Below are positions 24,269 through 33,757 of a stretch of 64,000 bases of DNA, piece by piece. The DNA comes from a bacterium (GTDB lineage Bacteria; Patescibacteriota; Minisyncoccia; Phycocordibacterales; UBA1006). Numbering within the stretch: the first letter of the stretch is position 1; each line of letters opens with the position of its first letter. The notes beneath the pieces were generated by a model. That model had not been told where the DNA came from. It saw only the letters and a program-made list of their open reading frames with translations, and ran no database searches. A program made the position numbers and the translations under genes. The DNA is taken from NCBI GenBank assembly GCA_037144045.1, contig JBAWXN010000001.1:1387-65386 (forward strand), given 5' to 3'.

Positions 24269-26656
24269 ATGACATTTGGTCGGAAAACTCTTTTTTCTGT
24301 TATTACGATTCTTTCAATCATTGGATATGGTTTTGTAGTTTTTGCGGTGGCACCAGTTGGAGGATATACTCCTGCTCAAACATTAAATCCTGCATGTGCA
24401 CCAGGTGATATTGATTGTGTGGTTCAAATGGCGGTAGTCATTGGGTCTTCTGTGATAAGCGGAATGCCGAATCAGGTGCTCTATACTGATACGGATGGTA
24501 AGGTTTTTGGTGATTCACAATTTACTCGTGACTCGACAACAGGAAATACAATTATTGGTGTGGCAAATGGGGTAGTTGCTTCGAATATGAGTATTTTGAA
24601 TACAGGGAATGTGCTCACTTGGGACGCAGATGTGAATGATTCAATCACAGATGGACTCATTCAAGGAAATAACCTAAATGGAGTTGGGATAAAAGGAAGT
24701 GCATTGGCTCATAGCAATACATCAACTTTTGAGTCAGCATCTTTCTTTGCTGGAGACACTACTGCTGTTGGTGGTAATCCATATGAAGCAAGTATGGCTT
24801 ATGTTCTTCCAGGAGGAATCAACGGGGCTTTTGCATATACTGTTAATGAAGAAGGATTAAAAGCAGACTACTATGATAGTGTAGGAAATATCAAAAGTCA
24901 GATTCTTCAAGAGGCAACAGGAAACACTATTTTATGGGATGCGGATACTACAGATGATATACAAGACTTGTTTGCGCAAAACCAAAACATTGGAGGTTCA
25001 CCCTTCAAAGGAAATGGTATTGCCCATGTTAATACAGCTACAGGAGAAAATGTTTATTTAGGAATTGGTGACGCAAGTGGTGTTGGGCAACGTCCTTTTA
25101 CAGGAATCATTGGATATCAAAATGCTGGTGGTACTCTTTTAAATGCATTAAGAGTGGATGATAGAGGTGCTGTAATAAGTCATCGTGACAGTGTTGCGAA
25201 TACGCAAGGATTCATGACCACATTTGGAGGTGGGAACCTGTCAGTTTGGAAGGCTGACACAACTGACACGATAATTACAAAACTTGAACAGACACAAGAC
25301 ATATTAGGACTTGGTGCTTTCTCAGGATCGGCTCTCACTTGGCAAGATACAGGTACTCAAGTAACAGGACTGGTGGGTGCTGTTGATGGAACTGGAACTG
25401 GACTTTTCCCGGGAAGTACTATTATGGCAACAACTAATGATGCATCTCTTGCGTCAGCAAGCCTTTCTACAAATTATGATACGTTAAGCTTGCAAGCAAC
25501 ACTTATAGCAAATGTTGCTAATGGGCCTGGTGATACAGGATTTGAGTTTGATAGGACGCGGGGAATTATTCGACGTAGAGACTACGGAACAGGTTTTGAG
25601 TCAGCATTTGAAGTTAATGGAAATAATGCGATCGCAAAATATACACTTAACGGTACCAATGAATACCAGACACAACTGGGTGATGGTACGTTCGCATTCC
25701 TGAATACAACTACAAATGATAAGTATCTATCGCTGGATTCAGTGTCAGGAATCATGAAGATAGCGCCACCAACAGGAGGAGATTTCGAAGTTAATACACT
25801 TACAACGAACAAAGTCGCATTTACAGTAATTCCTGATAACTTCTATGTGAAAATGGGAGATGGTGATAATGTTGCAAATCATACGTCATTGACAGTAGAC
25901 GACGCTTCACAAGCAATTACATTTGGTTATACTGGAAGTAGTTATACTTTCCCAGTTGGTGACGGTACTACTAACTACCTTCTTGCAACGGATGGCACAG
26001 GACAACTTTTCTGGCAAGATCCAACGATGGTCCCATCGGATCGATCACTCAAATCAAACATAGGTGGATTGTCGTATGGACTTGATACGTTAATGCAATT
26101 AAATCCAGTGTCTTATACCATGAATTCAAGTGGTAAAGAACAAATTGGATTCATTGCCCAAGAAGTAGAATCGTTAGTGCCAGAGCTGGTAGGGGAAGTT
26201 GCAAATGGTAAGAAAGGATTAGCCTACGGACAGATGACAGCAGTGATTGTAAAATCAGTTCAGCAGCTCAATTTGAAAATAGTCAACATTGAAAACTTTG
26301 CTGACGCTGAAAACAAAACATTCTTGAATAATTTGATTGCGTGGTTAGGTAGTGCAGCTAACGGTCTCGGAAAATTATTTGCCGGTGAAGTAGAAACAAA
26401 AAAACTTTGTATTGCTGACGATACAGGGAGTACTACGTGTATTACTAAATCACAGTTAGACGAATTTCTTACTCATCAAAATAATAGTCCAGGATCGAGT
26501 GTTGCACCTATTCCGCCTTTGGATAATCAGGGTGACAACTCGATACCAGTTCCAGGTCCAGATTTAGTATCTGATTCAGTACCAGAAACAGGACCAGGTC
26601 CACTACCTGTCGCACCAGATCCAATATCTGATCCGGTAATTGAAGAGGTTAATTAA
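24269..26656 (+). CDS. secreted fibre-like protein with a conserved N-terminal module and a C-terminal Peptidase_S74 / intramolecular chaperone (CIMCD-like) domain and Pro-rich tail
   Basis: Signal peptide ...IGYGFVVFA|VAPVGGYTPAQTLNPACAPGDIDCVV. C-terminal DRSLKSNIGGLSYGLDTLMQLNPVSYTMNSSGKEQIGFIAQEVESLVPELV (Ser/Lys dyad context) then WLGSAANGLGKLFAG..KKLCIADDTGSTTCITKSQLDEFL. Start chosen at ATG 24269; the ORF-track start 24146 overlaps the fusA 3' end. Confidence 0.7.
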   Translation: MTFGRKTLFSVITILSIIGYGFVVFAVAPVGGYTPAQTLNPACAPGDIDCVVQMAVVIGSSVISGMPNQVLYTDTDGKVFGDSQFTRDSTTGNTIIGVANGVVASNMSILNTGNVLTWDADVNDSITDGLIQGNNLNGVGIKGSALAHSNTSTFESASFFAGDTTAVGGNPYEASMAYVLPGGINGAFAYTVNEEGLKADYYDSVGNIKSQILQEATGNTILWDADTTDDIQDLFAQNQNIGGSPFKGNGIAHVNTATGENVYLGIGDASGVGQRPFTGIIGYQNAGGTLLNALRVDDRGAVISHRDSVANTQGFMTTFGGGNLSVWKADTTDTIITKLEQTQDILGLGAFSGSALTWQDTGTQVTGLVGAVDGTGTGLFPGSTIMATTNDASLASASLSTNYDTLSLQATLIANVANGPGDTGFEFDRTRGIIRRRDYGTGFESAFEVNGNNAIAKYTLNGTNEYQTQLGDGTFAFLNTTTNDKYLSLDSVSGIMKIAPPTGGDFEVNTLTTNKVAFTVIPDNFYVKMGDGDNVANHTSLTVDDASQAITFGYTGSSYTFPVGDGTTNYLLATDGTGQLFWQDPTMVPSDRSLKSNIGGLSYGLDTLMQLNPVSYTMNSSGKEQIGFIAQEVESLVPELVGEVANGKKGLAYGQMTAVIVKSVQQLNLKIVNIENFADAENKTFLNNLIAWLGSAANGLGKLFAGEVETKKLCIADDTGSTTCITKSQLDEFLTHQNNSPGSSVAPIPPLDNQGDNSIPVPGPDLVSDSVPETGPGPLPVAPDPISDPVIEEVN

Positions 26657-26693
26657 TAACTTACATGTAGCGTGCCTTTAAAACAATAAAAAA

Positions 26694-26720
26694 CCAAACG
26701 CTCTTGCGCTTGGTTTTTTA
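26694..26720 (+). terminator. intrinsic terminator (ccaaacgc-tctt-gcgcttgg + TTTTTT)
   Basis: 8-bp stem (one mismatch) plus T6. Confidence 0.55.
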
Positions 26721-26739
26721 TATATGTTAGTATGATTAT

Positions 26740-28272
26740 GTGAAAATTCTAAAAAACAAAAAATTAGCAGTCGCAATGAGTATTGCATCTGTAATCGGTT
26801 ATGGAACACTTGCTTTTGCAGTTGCGCCAGTAGGGGGATACATTCCAGGTCAAACCCTTAATCCTACGTGTACTCCTGGAAGTACAGACTGTTCAGTTGC
26901 ATCAGCGTGGAGTATTGATACGGTGAATGAACTAATTAGTAATAATTTTAATAACATAACCATAGCGGGAAATACAGAGTTACTTGGAAACACAACATCC
27001 CTGAATGAATTTTCAGGCTCACGCTTTGGCATAATTCAAAATGGACCCAGCACAACTCTTGGAACAAGTGCTTTTGAGAACGGGCTTAACTTACGTTTTA
27101 TTGACGATCAGAAATCAGCTGGTATTTTTATGGGTGATTTAAGTGGACTCCTTCCTGGTAATACGAATACTATTTATATAAATAATACTAACGATGCTAC
27201 CGGTGATTCTGCATATGCATTTTTTAATGCAGATGGTAGTCTCATGCTCGCAGCCCAAGATGCAAACAAGCATTCAAATATTAATGTTTTTAAACAAGGT
27301 TTCAGACTTCGTCATGCAGGTGGTCCGGATAGTAGTCCAACGGGTGATTGGCATTCCCGAATAGATATAGAAGACAATCGAGTGCTAAGTACGTTTCAGA
27401 GAGGTGGTGGTACTGATCCAGGAGTAACACTCACTACTTGGACAGAGACACAATTAGATGAAAACGGGTTTGCTATAAAAGGAATTGATGATAGTGGCCT
27501 CAATCAAGCGTTTTTAGTTAAAAATAACACTGGATTACAAGCGTTGCGTGTCATGAACGATGGTGCGGTACGTATCGGAGCCCTTGCTGGAGGCATCTGC
27601 CCACTCGAGGTAGATGTGACGGGTACTATTATTTGTAGTACTCCTTCCGATGCAAATCTTAAGCATGATATTACTGATTTATCCTATGGACTTGATACTA
27701 TTATGAAACTGCGACCGGTTTCGTATCAGTATAACGATGCAAAATACGGATCAGGAAACCAGATTGGTTTCGTGGCTCAAGAAGTTCAAGAAGTTATTCC
27801 GGAAGTAGTATTCAGAAGTCAGGGACACTTGGGAATTAACTATGCATTACTTACATCAGTTAACACAAAGGCGATTCAAGAACTTGAACTAAGGCTCACA
27901 GCTCTCGAAGGGGTTGCACAGTCAGTTAACAGTTCAGGACTCTCGCTGATTCGTAATTGGTTAGCAGATGCAACCAATGGAATTACAGAAATTATTGCTG
28001 GAAAAATATCTACTCATGAATTATGTATAGATGGACAATGTCTCACAAAAGACGATGTGCAGCAATTACTCATATTAAAAAATCAATTACAGAATACCGA
28101 ATCCATCCCTCCGAGTAGTGCCAGTACTCCAGTAGAAACCCCAAGTCCTGCTGATGTGCTGCCAGAGGTGGTACTAACTACCGAAAGTTCAACCGAAATA
28201 ACACCAGACGAGGGAGTAACTCCCGATGCTACACCAGAAACAGGTACGAGCAGTGATACGGTAGCGAATTAA
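26740..28272 (+). CDS. paralogous secreted fibre-like protein with the same N-terminal module and a C-terminal Peptidase_S74 chaperone domain
   Basis: ...IGYGTLAFA|VAPVGGYIPGQTLNPTCTPGSTDCSV. C-terminal SDANLKHDITDLSYGLDTIMKLRPVSYQYNDAKYGSGNQIGFVAQEVQEVIPEVV then NWLADATNGITEIIAG...CIDGQCLTKDDVQQL and a Pro/Thr-rich tail. Confidence 0.7.
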   Translation: MKILKNKKLAVAMSIASVIGYGTLAFAVAPVGGYIPGQTLNPTCTPGSTDCSVASAWSIDTVNELISNNFNNITIAGNTELLGNTTSLNEFSGSRFGIIQNGPSTTLGTSAFENGLNLRFIDDQKSAGIFMGDLSGLLPGNTNTIYINNTNDATGDSAYAFFNADGSLMLAAQDANKHSNINVFKQGFRLRHAGGPDSSPTGDWHSRIDIEDNRVLSTFQRGGGTDPGVTLTTWTETQLDENGFAIKGIDDSGLNQAFLVKNNTGLQALRVMNDGAVRIGALAGGICPLEVDVTGTIICSTPSDANLKHDITDLSYGLDTIMKLRPVSYQYNDAKYGSGNQIGFVAQEVQEVIPEVVFRSQGHLGINYALLTSVNTKAIQELELRLTALEGVAQSVNSSGLSLIRNWLADATNGITEIIAGKISTHELCIDGQCLTKDDVQQLLILKNQLQNTESIPPSSASTPVETPSPADVLPEVVLTTESSTEITPDEGVTPDATPETGTSSDTVAN

Positions 28273-28277
28273 TAAAA

Positions 28278-28299
28278 AACTCCGTAAAGGAGTTTTTTA
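28278..28299 (+). terminator. intrinsic terminator (aactcc-gtaaa-ggagtt + TTTTTT)
   Basis: 6-bp stem plus T6. Confidence 0.6.
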
Positions 28300-28341
28300 T
28301 GTGCTATACTATAGTCACGACTACTCATTAATCATAACTCT

Positions 28342-29061
28342 ATGAAAGAATACCTACAACAAAAATCATCAATTATTACCGCAGGAGCAATTATTATTGC
28401 TGTTATTATAGGTGGTGTGTTTTATACCACCAAGACATCAGGGACGAATACACTTACGGTTACAGGATCAGCAAAACAAAGTGTTGTCGCAGATAATGCT
28501 ATTTGGCGATCATCTATTACTCGAAATGTATTAGCTTCTGAAGTGAAAATAGGATATACCCAACTTGCTGGGGACCTTAAAATTGTCGAAGCGTTTATGG
28601 CAAAGAATGGTATTACGGATAAGCAAATCATTGTGTTACCGGTGTCGCTTATGCAGGATTACTCACAAAATGCGAATGATCCGAAACGATATACATTGAC
28701 CCAAAGTATTGAAATCGATACTACTGATGTTACAAAAATTACTGCAATTGCAAAAAATGTAGACAGTATTGTAAACCAAGGAGTATTGTTTCAATCAAAT
28801 CCTGTTGAATATTATTATTCACAACTAGACAAGGCGCGTGTTGAATTACTTACCGCTGCAACCGCCGATGCCCAAGCACGCGCTGCAGCTATGGCTAAAT
28901 CATCTGGTCAGTCAGTAGGGAAATTACAATCAGCTTCATCAGGAGTTGTTCAAGTATTATCAAAAGGAGCTATTGATAATGGTGATTACGGACAATACGA
29001 TACTTCAAAAATTGATAAAGATATTTCGGTAACCGTACGCGCTACGTTCAAACTTAAATAG
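28342..29061 (+). CDS. SIMPL-domain (DUF541, YggE-like) protein with an N-terminal membrane anchor
   Basis: TLTVTGSAKQSVVADNAIW..., ...DKARVELLTAATADAQARAAAMAKSSGQSVGKL pattern matches the YggE/SIMPL family. Confidence 0.6.
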   Translation: MKEYLQQKSSIITAGAIIIAVIIGGVFYTTKTSGTNTLTVTGSAKQSVVADNAIWRSSITRNVLASEVKIGYTQLAGDLKIVEAFMAKNGITDKQIIVLPVSLMQDYSQNANDPKRYTLTQSIEIDTTDVTKITAIAKNVDSIVNQGVLFQSNPVEYYYSQLDKARVELLTAATADAQARAAAMAKSSGQSVGKLQSASSGVVQVLSKGAIDNGDYGQYDTSKIDKDISVTVRATFKLK

Positions 29062-29071
29062 TTATATACAA

Positions 29072-29102
29072 AGAACCCTGCGTTGTGCAAGGTTCTTTTT
29101 AT
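29072..29102 (+). terminator. intrinsic terminator (agaacc...ggttct + TTTTT)
   Basis: 6-bp outer stem with an inner ctgcg/tgcaag pairing, then T-run. Confidence 0.5.
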
Positions 29103-29120
29103 TTGTATACTAATCGGTAT

Positions 29121-29687
29121 ATGCAATCACTAGAAAGTGGCGTCTATTATTCATTTGGCCCTAAGAGTTTCATTGCAAAAATAGTGCAAGGGCTTATTGC
29201 TCCTGTTGCTATTTTGCTGTTAACCGCCGGTGCATTTTTCATTCAAGACACTGCTTTTGCAGTCATGGTTGAATCGTTTATTAAATTAAACCTGGTTGCG
29301 GTTCTGGTTTCATCAGGGGTAATCCTTGCCGTATTAGTTGCCCTCGCACAACTTATTGTTGCTTGGCTGTATTATCGCAATACACATTTTATGATTAGTG
29401 ATAATGCGTTGTATATTCGCACAGGAATCATTCAGCGCAATGAAATAAGTATTCCATTGCGACATATTAATAATATCCTTCAGCAACAGAGCATTACCGA
29501 TCGTATGTTTCAAGTGTGTACCTGTACTATTGAAATTCAAGAAGACGAAGTGTCACAAACGGCAGGTACTCCTACTTCGTCTGATAATGTAGTACTGTAT
29601 CAACTCGATTTGGAATATGCTACACCACTGCGTGAATTACTGCTCAGTCGTTCAAATACGCAACGTATGGTTATGGTAACTAAATAA
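29121..29687 (+). CDS. membrane-flanked bacterial PH domain (bPH_2, YdbS/YdbT-like) protein
   Basis: two TM helices then RNTHFMISDNALYIRTGIIQRNEISIPLRHINNI...; start at ATG 29121 (ATG 29085 lies inside the upstream terminator). Confidence 0.55.
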   Translation: MQSLESGVYYSFGPKSFIAKIVQGLIAPVAILLLTAGAFFIQDTAFAVMVESFIKLNLVAVLVSSGVILAVLVALAQLIVAWLYYRNTHFMISDNALYIRTGIIQRNEISIPLRHINNILQQQSITDRMFQVCTCTIEIQEDEVSQTAGTPTSSDNVVLYQLDLEYATPLRELLLSRSNTQRMVMVTK

Positions 29688-29708
29688 ACCGCTCGGCGGT
29701 TTTTTTAT
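29688..29708. terminator. bidirectional intrinsic terminator between convergent genes (accgc-tcg-gcggt, A-run / T-run)
   Basis: GC hairpin flanked by AAATAAA and TTTTTTT. Confidence 0.6.
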
Positions 29709-30343
29709 TAATTGGCTAATGTCCATGCAATGACGCGCTGTGCTCCTGCTTTAATAAGGACGTGGCGTGCTTCGCTAAGAGTAGATCCGGTAGTTACAAT
29801 ATCATCAACAAGGATAATATTTTTACCTTGAATGAGATGCTGATGGTCTATAGAAAACGAACCAGTTATATTTTGGGCGCGTTCCTCGCGTGATCGTGCA
29901 GTACCTTGTTTCTTGGTATGGTGTGTTTTCACTAATACTGAAGTGAGTAGTTGAATGGTGAACTGGCGCGACATGGCATAAGCAATAAGCTCTGACTGAT
30001 TAAAGCCTCGCTGTCGAAACCTGGTTGGTGCAATGGGAATAGGAATAATAACCCATAAGTCTGGATTACGGGGTCTATTTAGAATTCGATCTGAAAAGAG
30101 CTTTGCACAATAGTGCGCAATACGGTCGTTCGGCATGGATTTAATGTGTCGGAGCACGATTTCTGCGTGAGGATCTCTGTAATTCCAAAAACTCGTAATC
30201 CATTTCTTTTTTTGATACTTGGGCCACGTGAAGGTATGGCTACATGATGTGCAAATATCTGACCCATACGTTCCGCAGAGTAAGCAAGAAACAGGGAATA
30301 GTTGATTAAAAAACCATGAACAGACAGTAATAATAGTGCTCAT
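29708..30343 (-). CDS. comFC: ComF-family competence protein (zinc-ribbon plus phosphoribosyltransferase domain)
   Basis: N-terminal CLLCG...CTSCSH zinc ribbon; C-terminal PRTase motif IILVDDIVTTGSTLSEA. Confidence 0.8.
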   Translation of the reverse strand: MSTIITVCSWFFNQLFPVSCLLCGTYGSDICTSCSHTFTWPKYQKKKWITSFWNYRDPHAEIVLRHIKSMPNDRIAHYCAKLFSDRILNRPRNPDLWVIIPIPIAPTRFRQRGFNQSELIAYAMSRQFTIQLLTSVLVKTHHTKKQGTARSREERAQNITGSFSIDHQHLIQGKNIILVDDIVTTGSTLSEARHVLIKAGAQRVIAWTLAN

Positions 30344-30378
30344 GGTGTAAGTCTACCTATTATGAATCAAGACTTGCT

Positions 30379-31527
30379 TTGAAAATGATAAATTATGATA
30401 TAATTGCGTATATGTCATTTTTCCAAGACCTTATTCAAAAGAGTCAAAATTTTATAAAGCTCGCGAAACCAGTAAATAGTATTGTAGGAATTGATGTGGG
30501 AACATCGGCTATTAAGGTAGTTCAGGTAAAGCGTGAAGGGGGTAAAATCCAGCTTGAAACGTATGGTGAACTAGGATTGGGTACTTATGCTAATGAGAAA
30601 CTCGGTAAGGTAGTAACCCTAGGTCCTGATGTTATTGCAACAGCAATTAAAGACATTTTGCGAGAAGCAAATGTGACAACTACTACGGCGGTATTATCCA
30701 TTCAATCGCAGGCAACATTGATTTTCTTGGTTGAACTCCCACAGGTGAAAGAATCAGAGCTTGCAGAAATTATTCCGAACGAAGCGCGAAAGTATATTCC
30801 GGTACCTTTGACCGAAGTATCCCTTGATTGGTATGTGGTGCCCCAGAAACAAACCTACAGCGAAGAACAAGCAGCTCCTGCAGCACAACCAAAAATGGAA
30901 ATCGTAGTGGTTGCGGTGCGTAACGAAACCTTGTCACAGTATCGTGATATTACTCAAAAAGCGGGTATTGAAACTCGAGGAAACGAAATTGAAATATTTA
31001 GTGCTATTCGTTCGGTATTTCATCGTGAAATTGCCCCAGTATTAGTAGTCGATTACGGTGCAGGAACCACGAAGGTGTCAGTGGTAGAATATGGAGTAGT
31101 CCGCGCCTATCACGTGATCAATCGCGGATCGGCATTCATTACTGAGTCGGTTGCACGTACGATGAATATTGATTTTGATAAAGCTGAGGAACTCAAAAGA
31201 ACTATCGGAATGAATATGGTTGCTGGACAGGAAAAAGTAGCAGAATCAATTGCCGCAAATACTCAGTATGTAATTAACGAGATTCAAACTATTCTGCTGC
31301 AATACGAACGACAATCACATAAAGCAATTACTAAAATTATCTTGTGTGGTGGGGGATCAAGTATGCCAGGATTTATAGAAAAAATGGTTGCTTCATTTGG
31401 GGTTGAAACTATTTTCGGAGATCCTTTTGATAAAGCAGAAGCTCCAGAATTTATGAAACCAGTACTCGTAAAGGCAGGTCCTGAATTTACCGTTGCGATG
31501 GGCTTGGCGCTTAAAGAATTTATATAG
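30379..31527 (+). CDS. pilM: type IV pilus assembly protein PilM (actin-like ATPase fold); exact start uncertain (alternative ATG 30412)
   Basis: IVGIDVGTSAIKVVQVK...ETYGELGLG, size and position before the pilN/pilO-like genes. Confidence 0.75.
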   Translation: MKMINYDIIAYMSFFQDLIQKSQNFIKLAKPVNSIVGIDVGTSAIKVVQVKREGGKIQLETYGELGLGTYANEKLGKVVTLGPDVIATAIKDILREANVTTTTAVLSIQSQATLIFLVELPQVKESELAEIIPNEARKYIPVPLTEVSLDWYVVPQKQTYSEEQAAPAAQPKMEIVVVAVRNETLSQYRDITQKAGIETRGNEIEIFSAIRSVFHREIAPVLVVDYGAGTTKVSVVEYGVVRAYHVINRGSAFITESVARTMNIDFDKAEELKRTIGMNMVAGQEKVAESIAANTQYVINEIQTILLQYERQSHKAITKIILCGGGSSMPGFIEKMVASFGVETIFGDPFDKAEAPEFMKPVLVKAGPEFTVAMGLALKEFI

Positions 31528-31565
31528 TATACTAAATGCGATACGTGATATAGTAAAGAGAACAT

Positions 31566-32180
31566 ATGGAGAATCAATTTACAACAACTTTCATTCCCAA
31601 AAAACCAATGGTTCAAGAAACCGCTTCATCAAGTGCGCCGGTATCACGACCTGTTGGTATTTTGTCGTCTCTTTCTTTAGTGATTTTTTTCATCACGATT
31701 GCACTAGGAGGTGGTGTCTATTTTTGGGAACAATATGAAACAAGTAATGTAGCATTGCTTGCCGACTCTGTTAAAAAAGTAGAAAAAGAATTTGAACCAC
31801 AACTAATTACTCAACTCCAGTCACTTGATAAGCAGTTACGTAATGCGAATATTTTGGTTAAAAACCATACAGTCGCAAGTCCACTTTTTGACCTTCTTGA
31901 ATCAACAACTCTGAAACAAGTTCAATTCGGAAAATTTGATTATTCAGTAGATGAAAAATCAGGAGTACAGGTGCGTATGTCAGGAATTGCCGATGGGTAC
32001 CAATCAATTGCCCAGCAGGCTGACGTCCTTGGGGCAAGTACCTTCCTGAAAAATGTTATTTTCTCGAACTTCTTCTTGAATCAACAAGGAAAAGTATCTT
32101 TTGATTTATCGTTTGGGATAACTCCCGATTTCCTTAACTTCCAGACAGCACCATTAGCAAGTAGAGCCGTTACTAATTAA
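31566..32180 (+). CDS. pilN: PilN-like type IV pilus inner-membrane assembly protein
   Basis: single N-terminal TM helix, about 200 aa, directly after pilM. Confidence 0.5.
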   Translation: MENQFTTTFIPKKPMVQETASSSAPVSRPVGILSSLSLVIFFITIALGGGVYFWEQYETSNVALLADSVKKVEKEFEPQLITQLQSLDKQLRNANILVKNHTVASPLFDLLESTTLKQVQFGKFDYSVDEKSGVQVRMSGIADGYQSIAQQADVLGASTFLKNVIFSNFFLNQQGKVSFDLSFGITPDFLNFQTAPLASRAVTN

Positions 32181-32198
32181 TTATTTGAGCACACTATT

Positions 32199-32750
32199 AT
32201 GAGACTCATCCTTTCCATTTTAATGCTTCTAGCGTCAATTGCGGGATTCGCAGTCTTTATCGTGCCTCATTATAATACAATCTCGACATTGCGAGCTCAG
32301 GAAGCAGATTATCAGACCGTCCTTACTAATGCTCGTAAACTGAAAGAACAACGAAACGCTCTGGTTAAAAAATATAATTCATTCGATCAAAATAAATTAG
32401 GTCAGTTGGCAACCATGTTACCGACGAATCCTGAAAACATGAAGTTAATATTGTCACTGCAGTCAGTGGCGTCACAATACGGTATGGTACTGCAGAACGT
32501 GAAAATTGAAGATCCTACTACTGATCCCGCAGCTCAAAATAAGCCAGGATCCCAAGGAAATAGTGAATTAGGAATGCTTACGATTAATTTCTCGGTTGCA
32601 GGTTCGTATGCTTCATTTACTAACTTTATTCGCACCATAGAAAAAAGTCTTCGAGTAATTGAAATTCAAAAGGTGTCATTCTCTGCATCGGATCCAAAAT
32701 CGCAAAATTATCAGTATTCAGTAGCCGTGAAGACGTATTGGCTCAAATAA
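32199..32750 (+). CDS. pilO: PilO-like type IV pilus inner-membrane assembly protein
   Basis: N-terminal TM helix, coiled coil, C-terminal ...VIEIQKVSFSAS...YSVAVKTYWL pattern typical of PilO. Confidence 0.5.
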   Translation: MRLILSILMLLASIAGFAVFIVPHYNTISTLRAQEADYQTVLTNARKLKEQRNALVKKYNSFDQNKLGQLATMLPTNPENMKLILSLQSVASQYGMVLQNVKIEDPTTDPAAQNKPGSQGNSELGMLTINFSVAGSYASFTNFIRTIEKSLRVIEIQKVSFSASDPKSQNYQYSVAVKTYWLK

Positions 32751-32757
32751 TATTATT

Positions 32758-33207
32758 ATGAAATCAAAATCATCAACATTCATATTGATCGTAGTCATCC
32801 TCCTTGTGGTAGGTGGTTTGGTGTACTTCTTTGTGATAAAAGGTGATTCGGGTAGTACAGCGCCTAAGACTGGACTTGTTTCTACAAACACAGGAAAGGC
32901 GACTGGTATAGCGGTTGCAACCACTGGTGGTGGAACGGGTGATCAAGTAGTGTCATTGCTCCGTAACTTGTCAGTTATTCAGCTCAGTGATGCTATTTTC
33001 CAAAATCCATCATTTAGTATGTTGCAAGATATTAGTATTACGCTTCCTCCGGTAACGAACCAAGGACGTAGAAATCCATTTGCAGTAGTAAGTGGAGACA
33101 ATGCGGCACTACCCGTAACGACAGGTACTGCTTCAGTCTCTGGTACTCCTGCGGTAATTACGCCAAGTACTGGTTCAAGTGCTTCAGGTACTCCAGCAGT
33201 TCAATAA
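32758..33207 (+). CDS. membrane-anchored Thr/Gly/Ser-rich hypothetical protein (possible PilP-like accessory)
   Basis: N-terminal TM helix, low-complexity TGTASVSGTP tail; position only. Confidence 0.4.
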   Translation: MKSKSSTFILIVVILLVVGGLVYFFVIKGDSGSTAPKTGLVSTNTGKATGIAVATTGGGTGDQVVSLLRNLSVIQLSDAIFQNPSFSMLQDISITLPPVTNQGRRNPFAVVSGDNAALPVTTGTASVSGTPAVITPSTGSSASGTPAVQ

Positions 33208-33240
33208 ATCCTCCTTGGGGGATTTTCTTGTTTTTATTCT
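33208..33240 (+). terminator. intrinsic terminator (atcctcc...gggggat + T-rich)
   Basis: hairpin plus TTTTCTTGTTTTT. Confidence 0.45.
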
Positions 33241-33261
33241 AAATGGGTTTATACTATAGGC

Positions 33262-33408
33262 ATGACACAAGAAGAAATGGAATTATTAGCTGCAAAAGTT
33301 GCAGATGGAACCGCAACTGATGAGGAAGAACTCGCCTTTTATCAGGAATTAAATAAGGAAGCCGACGAATTATTAGCCTTAGCAGAAGACATGCCTGATC
33401 AAGAATAA
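33262..33408 (+). CDS. small acidic protein (48 aa), copy 1 of a duplicated module
   Basis: MTQEEMELLAAKVADGTATDEEELAFYQELNKEADELLALAEDMPDQE; paralog of 33758..33922; not in the ORF track because it is under 60 aa. Confidence 0.45.
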   Translation: MTQEEMELLAAKVADGTATDEEELAFYQELNKEADELLALAEDMPDQE

Positions 33409-33412
33409 TTAT

Positions 33413-33742
33413 ATGAAAACTCCAGATAATAGAGCTCCGTCTTCACCAGACAAGTCAAAAACTAAACCAAAGCCAAAGCAAGAAGCGGCACCGGGTCCTG
33501 CTAAAAAAATTGAATCACCAGCCGTAAAAGCAGAAAAGGAAAAATTTGAGAAAAAATCTGAAACCCTTAAAAAGACAGTGGAGAAAAAGGGTGGCGTTTC
33601 TAAGTTTGTCGAAGAAAACAGTACTGGAATTGCCAGTGGTGGATTATTTCTTCTTGGATTGCTCACAGGAGCACTCCCGTTTATGTTTTTAGGTGGATGG
33701 TTATTTCACCAAGATTCAAAGTCTAAAGAAAAGAAGGGTTAA
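33413..33742 (+). CDS. basic Lys-rich protein with a C-terminal TM helix (109 aa), copy 1
   Basis: KKGGVSKFVEEN then TM GIASGGLFLLGLLTGALPFMFLGGWLF; paralog of 33924..34289. Confidence 0.5.
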   Translation: MKTPDNRAPSSPDKSKTKPKPKQEAAPGPAKKIESPAVKAEKEKFEKKSETLKKTVEKKGGVSKFVEENSTGIASGGLFLLGLLTGALPFMFLGGWLFHQDSKSKEKKG

Positions 33743-33757
33743 TATTTATATAATACT

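Noticed and set aside
1-28272. Prophage hypothesis for the three S74-domain fibre genes
   Set aside because: No capsid, portal, terminase, baseplate, lysis or integrase genes and no att-like repeats in the window; flanks are core genes (tuf, fusA). Treated as cell-encoded fibre proteins of phage ancestry rather than a prophage
29085-29120. ORF-track start of the bPH-domain gene at 29085
   Set aside because: This ATG lies inside the stem of the upstream intrinsic terminator; ATG 29121 is the first start outside it
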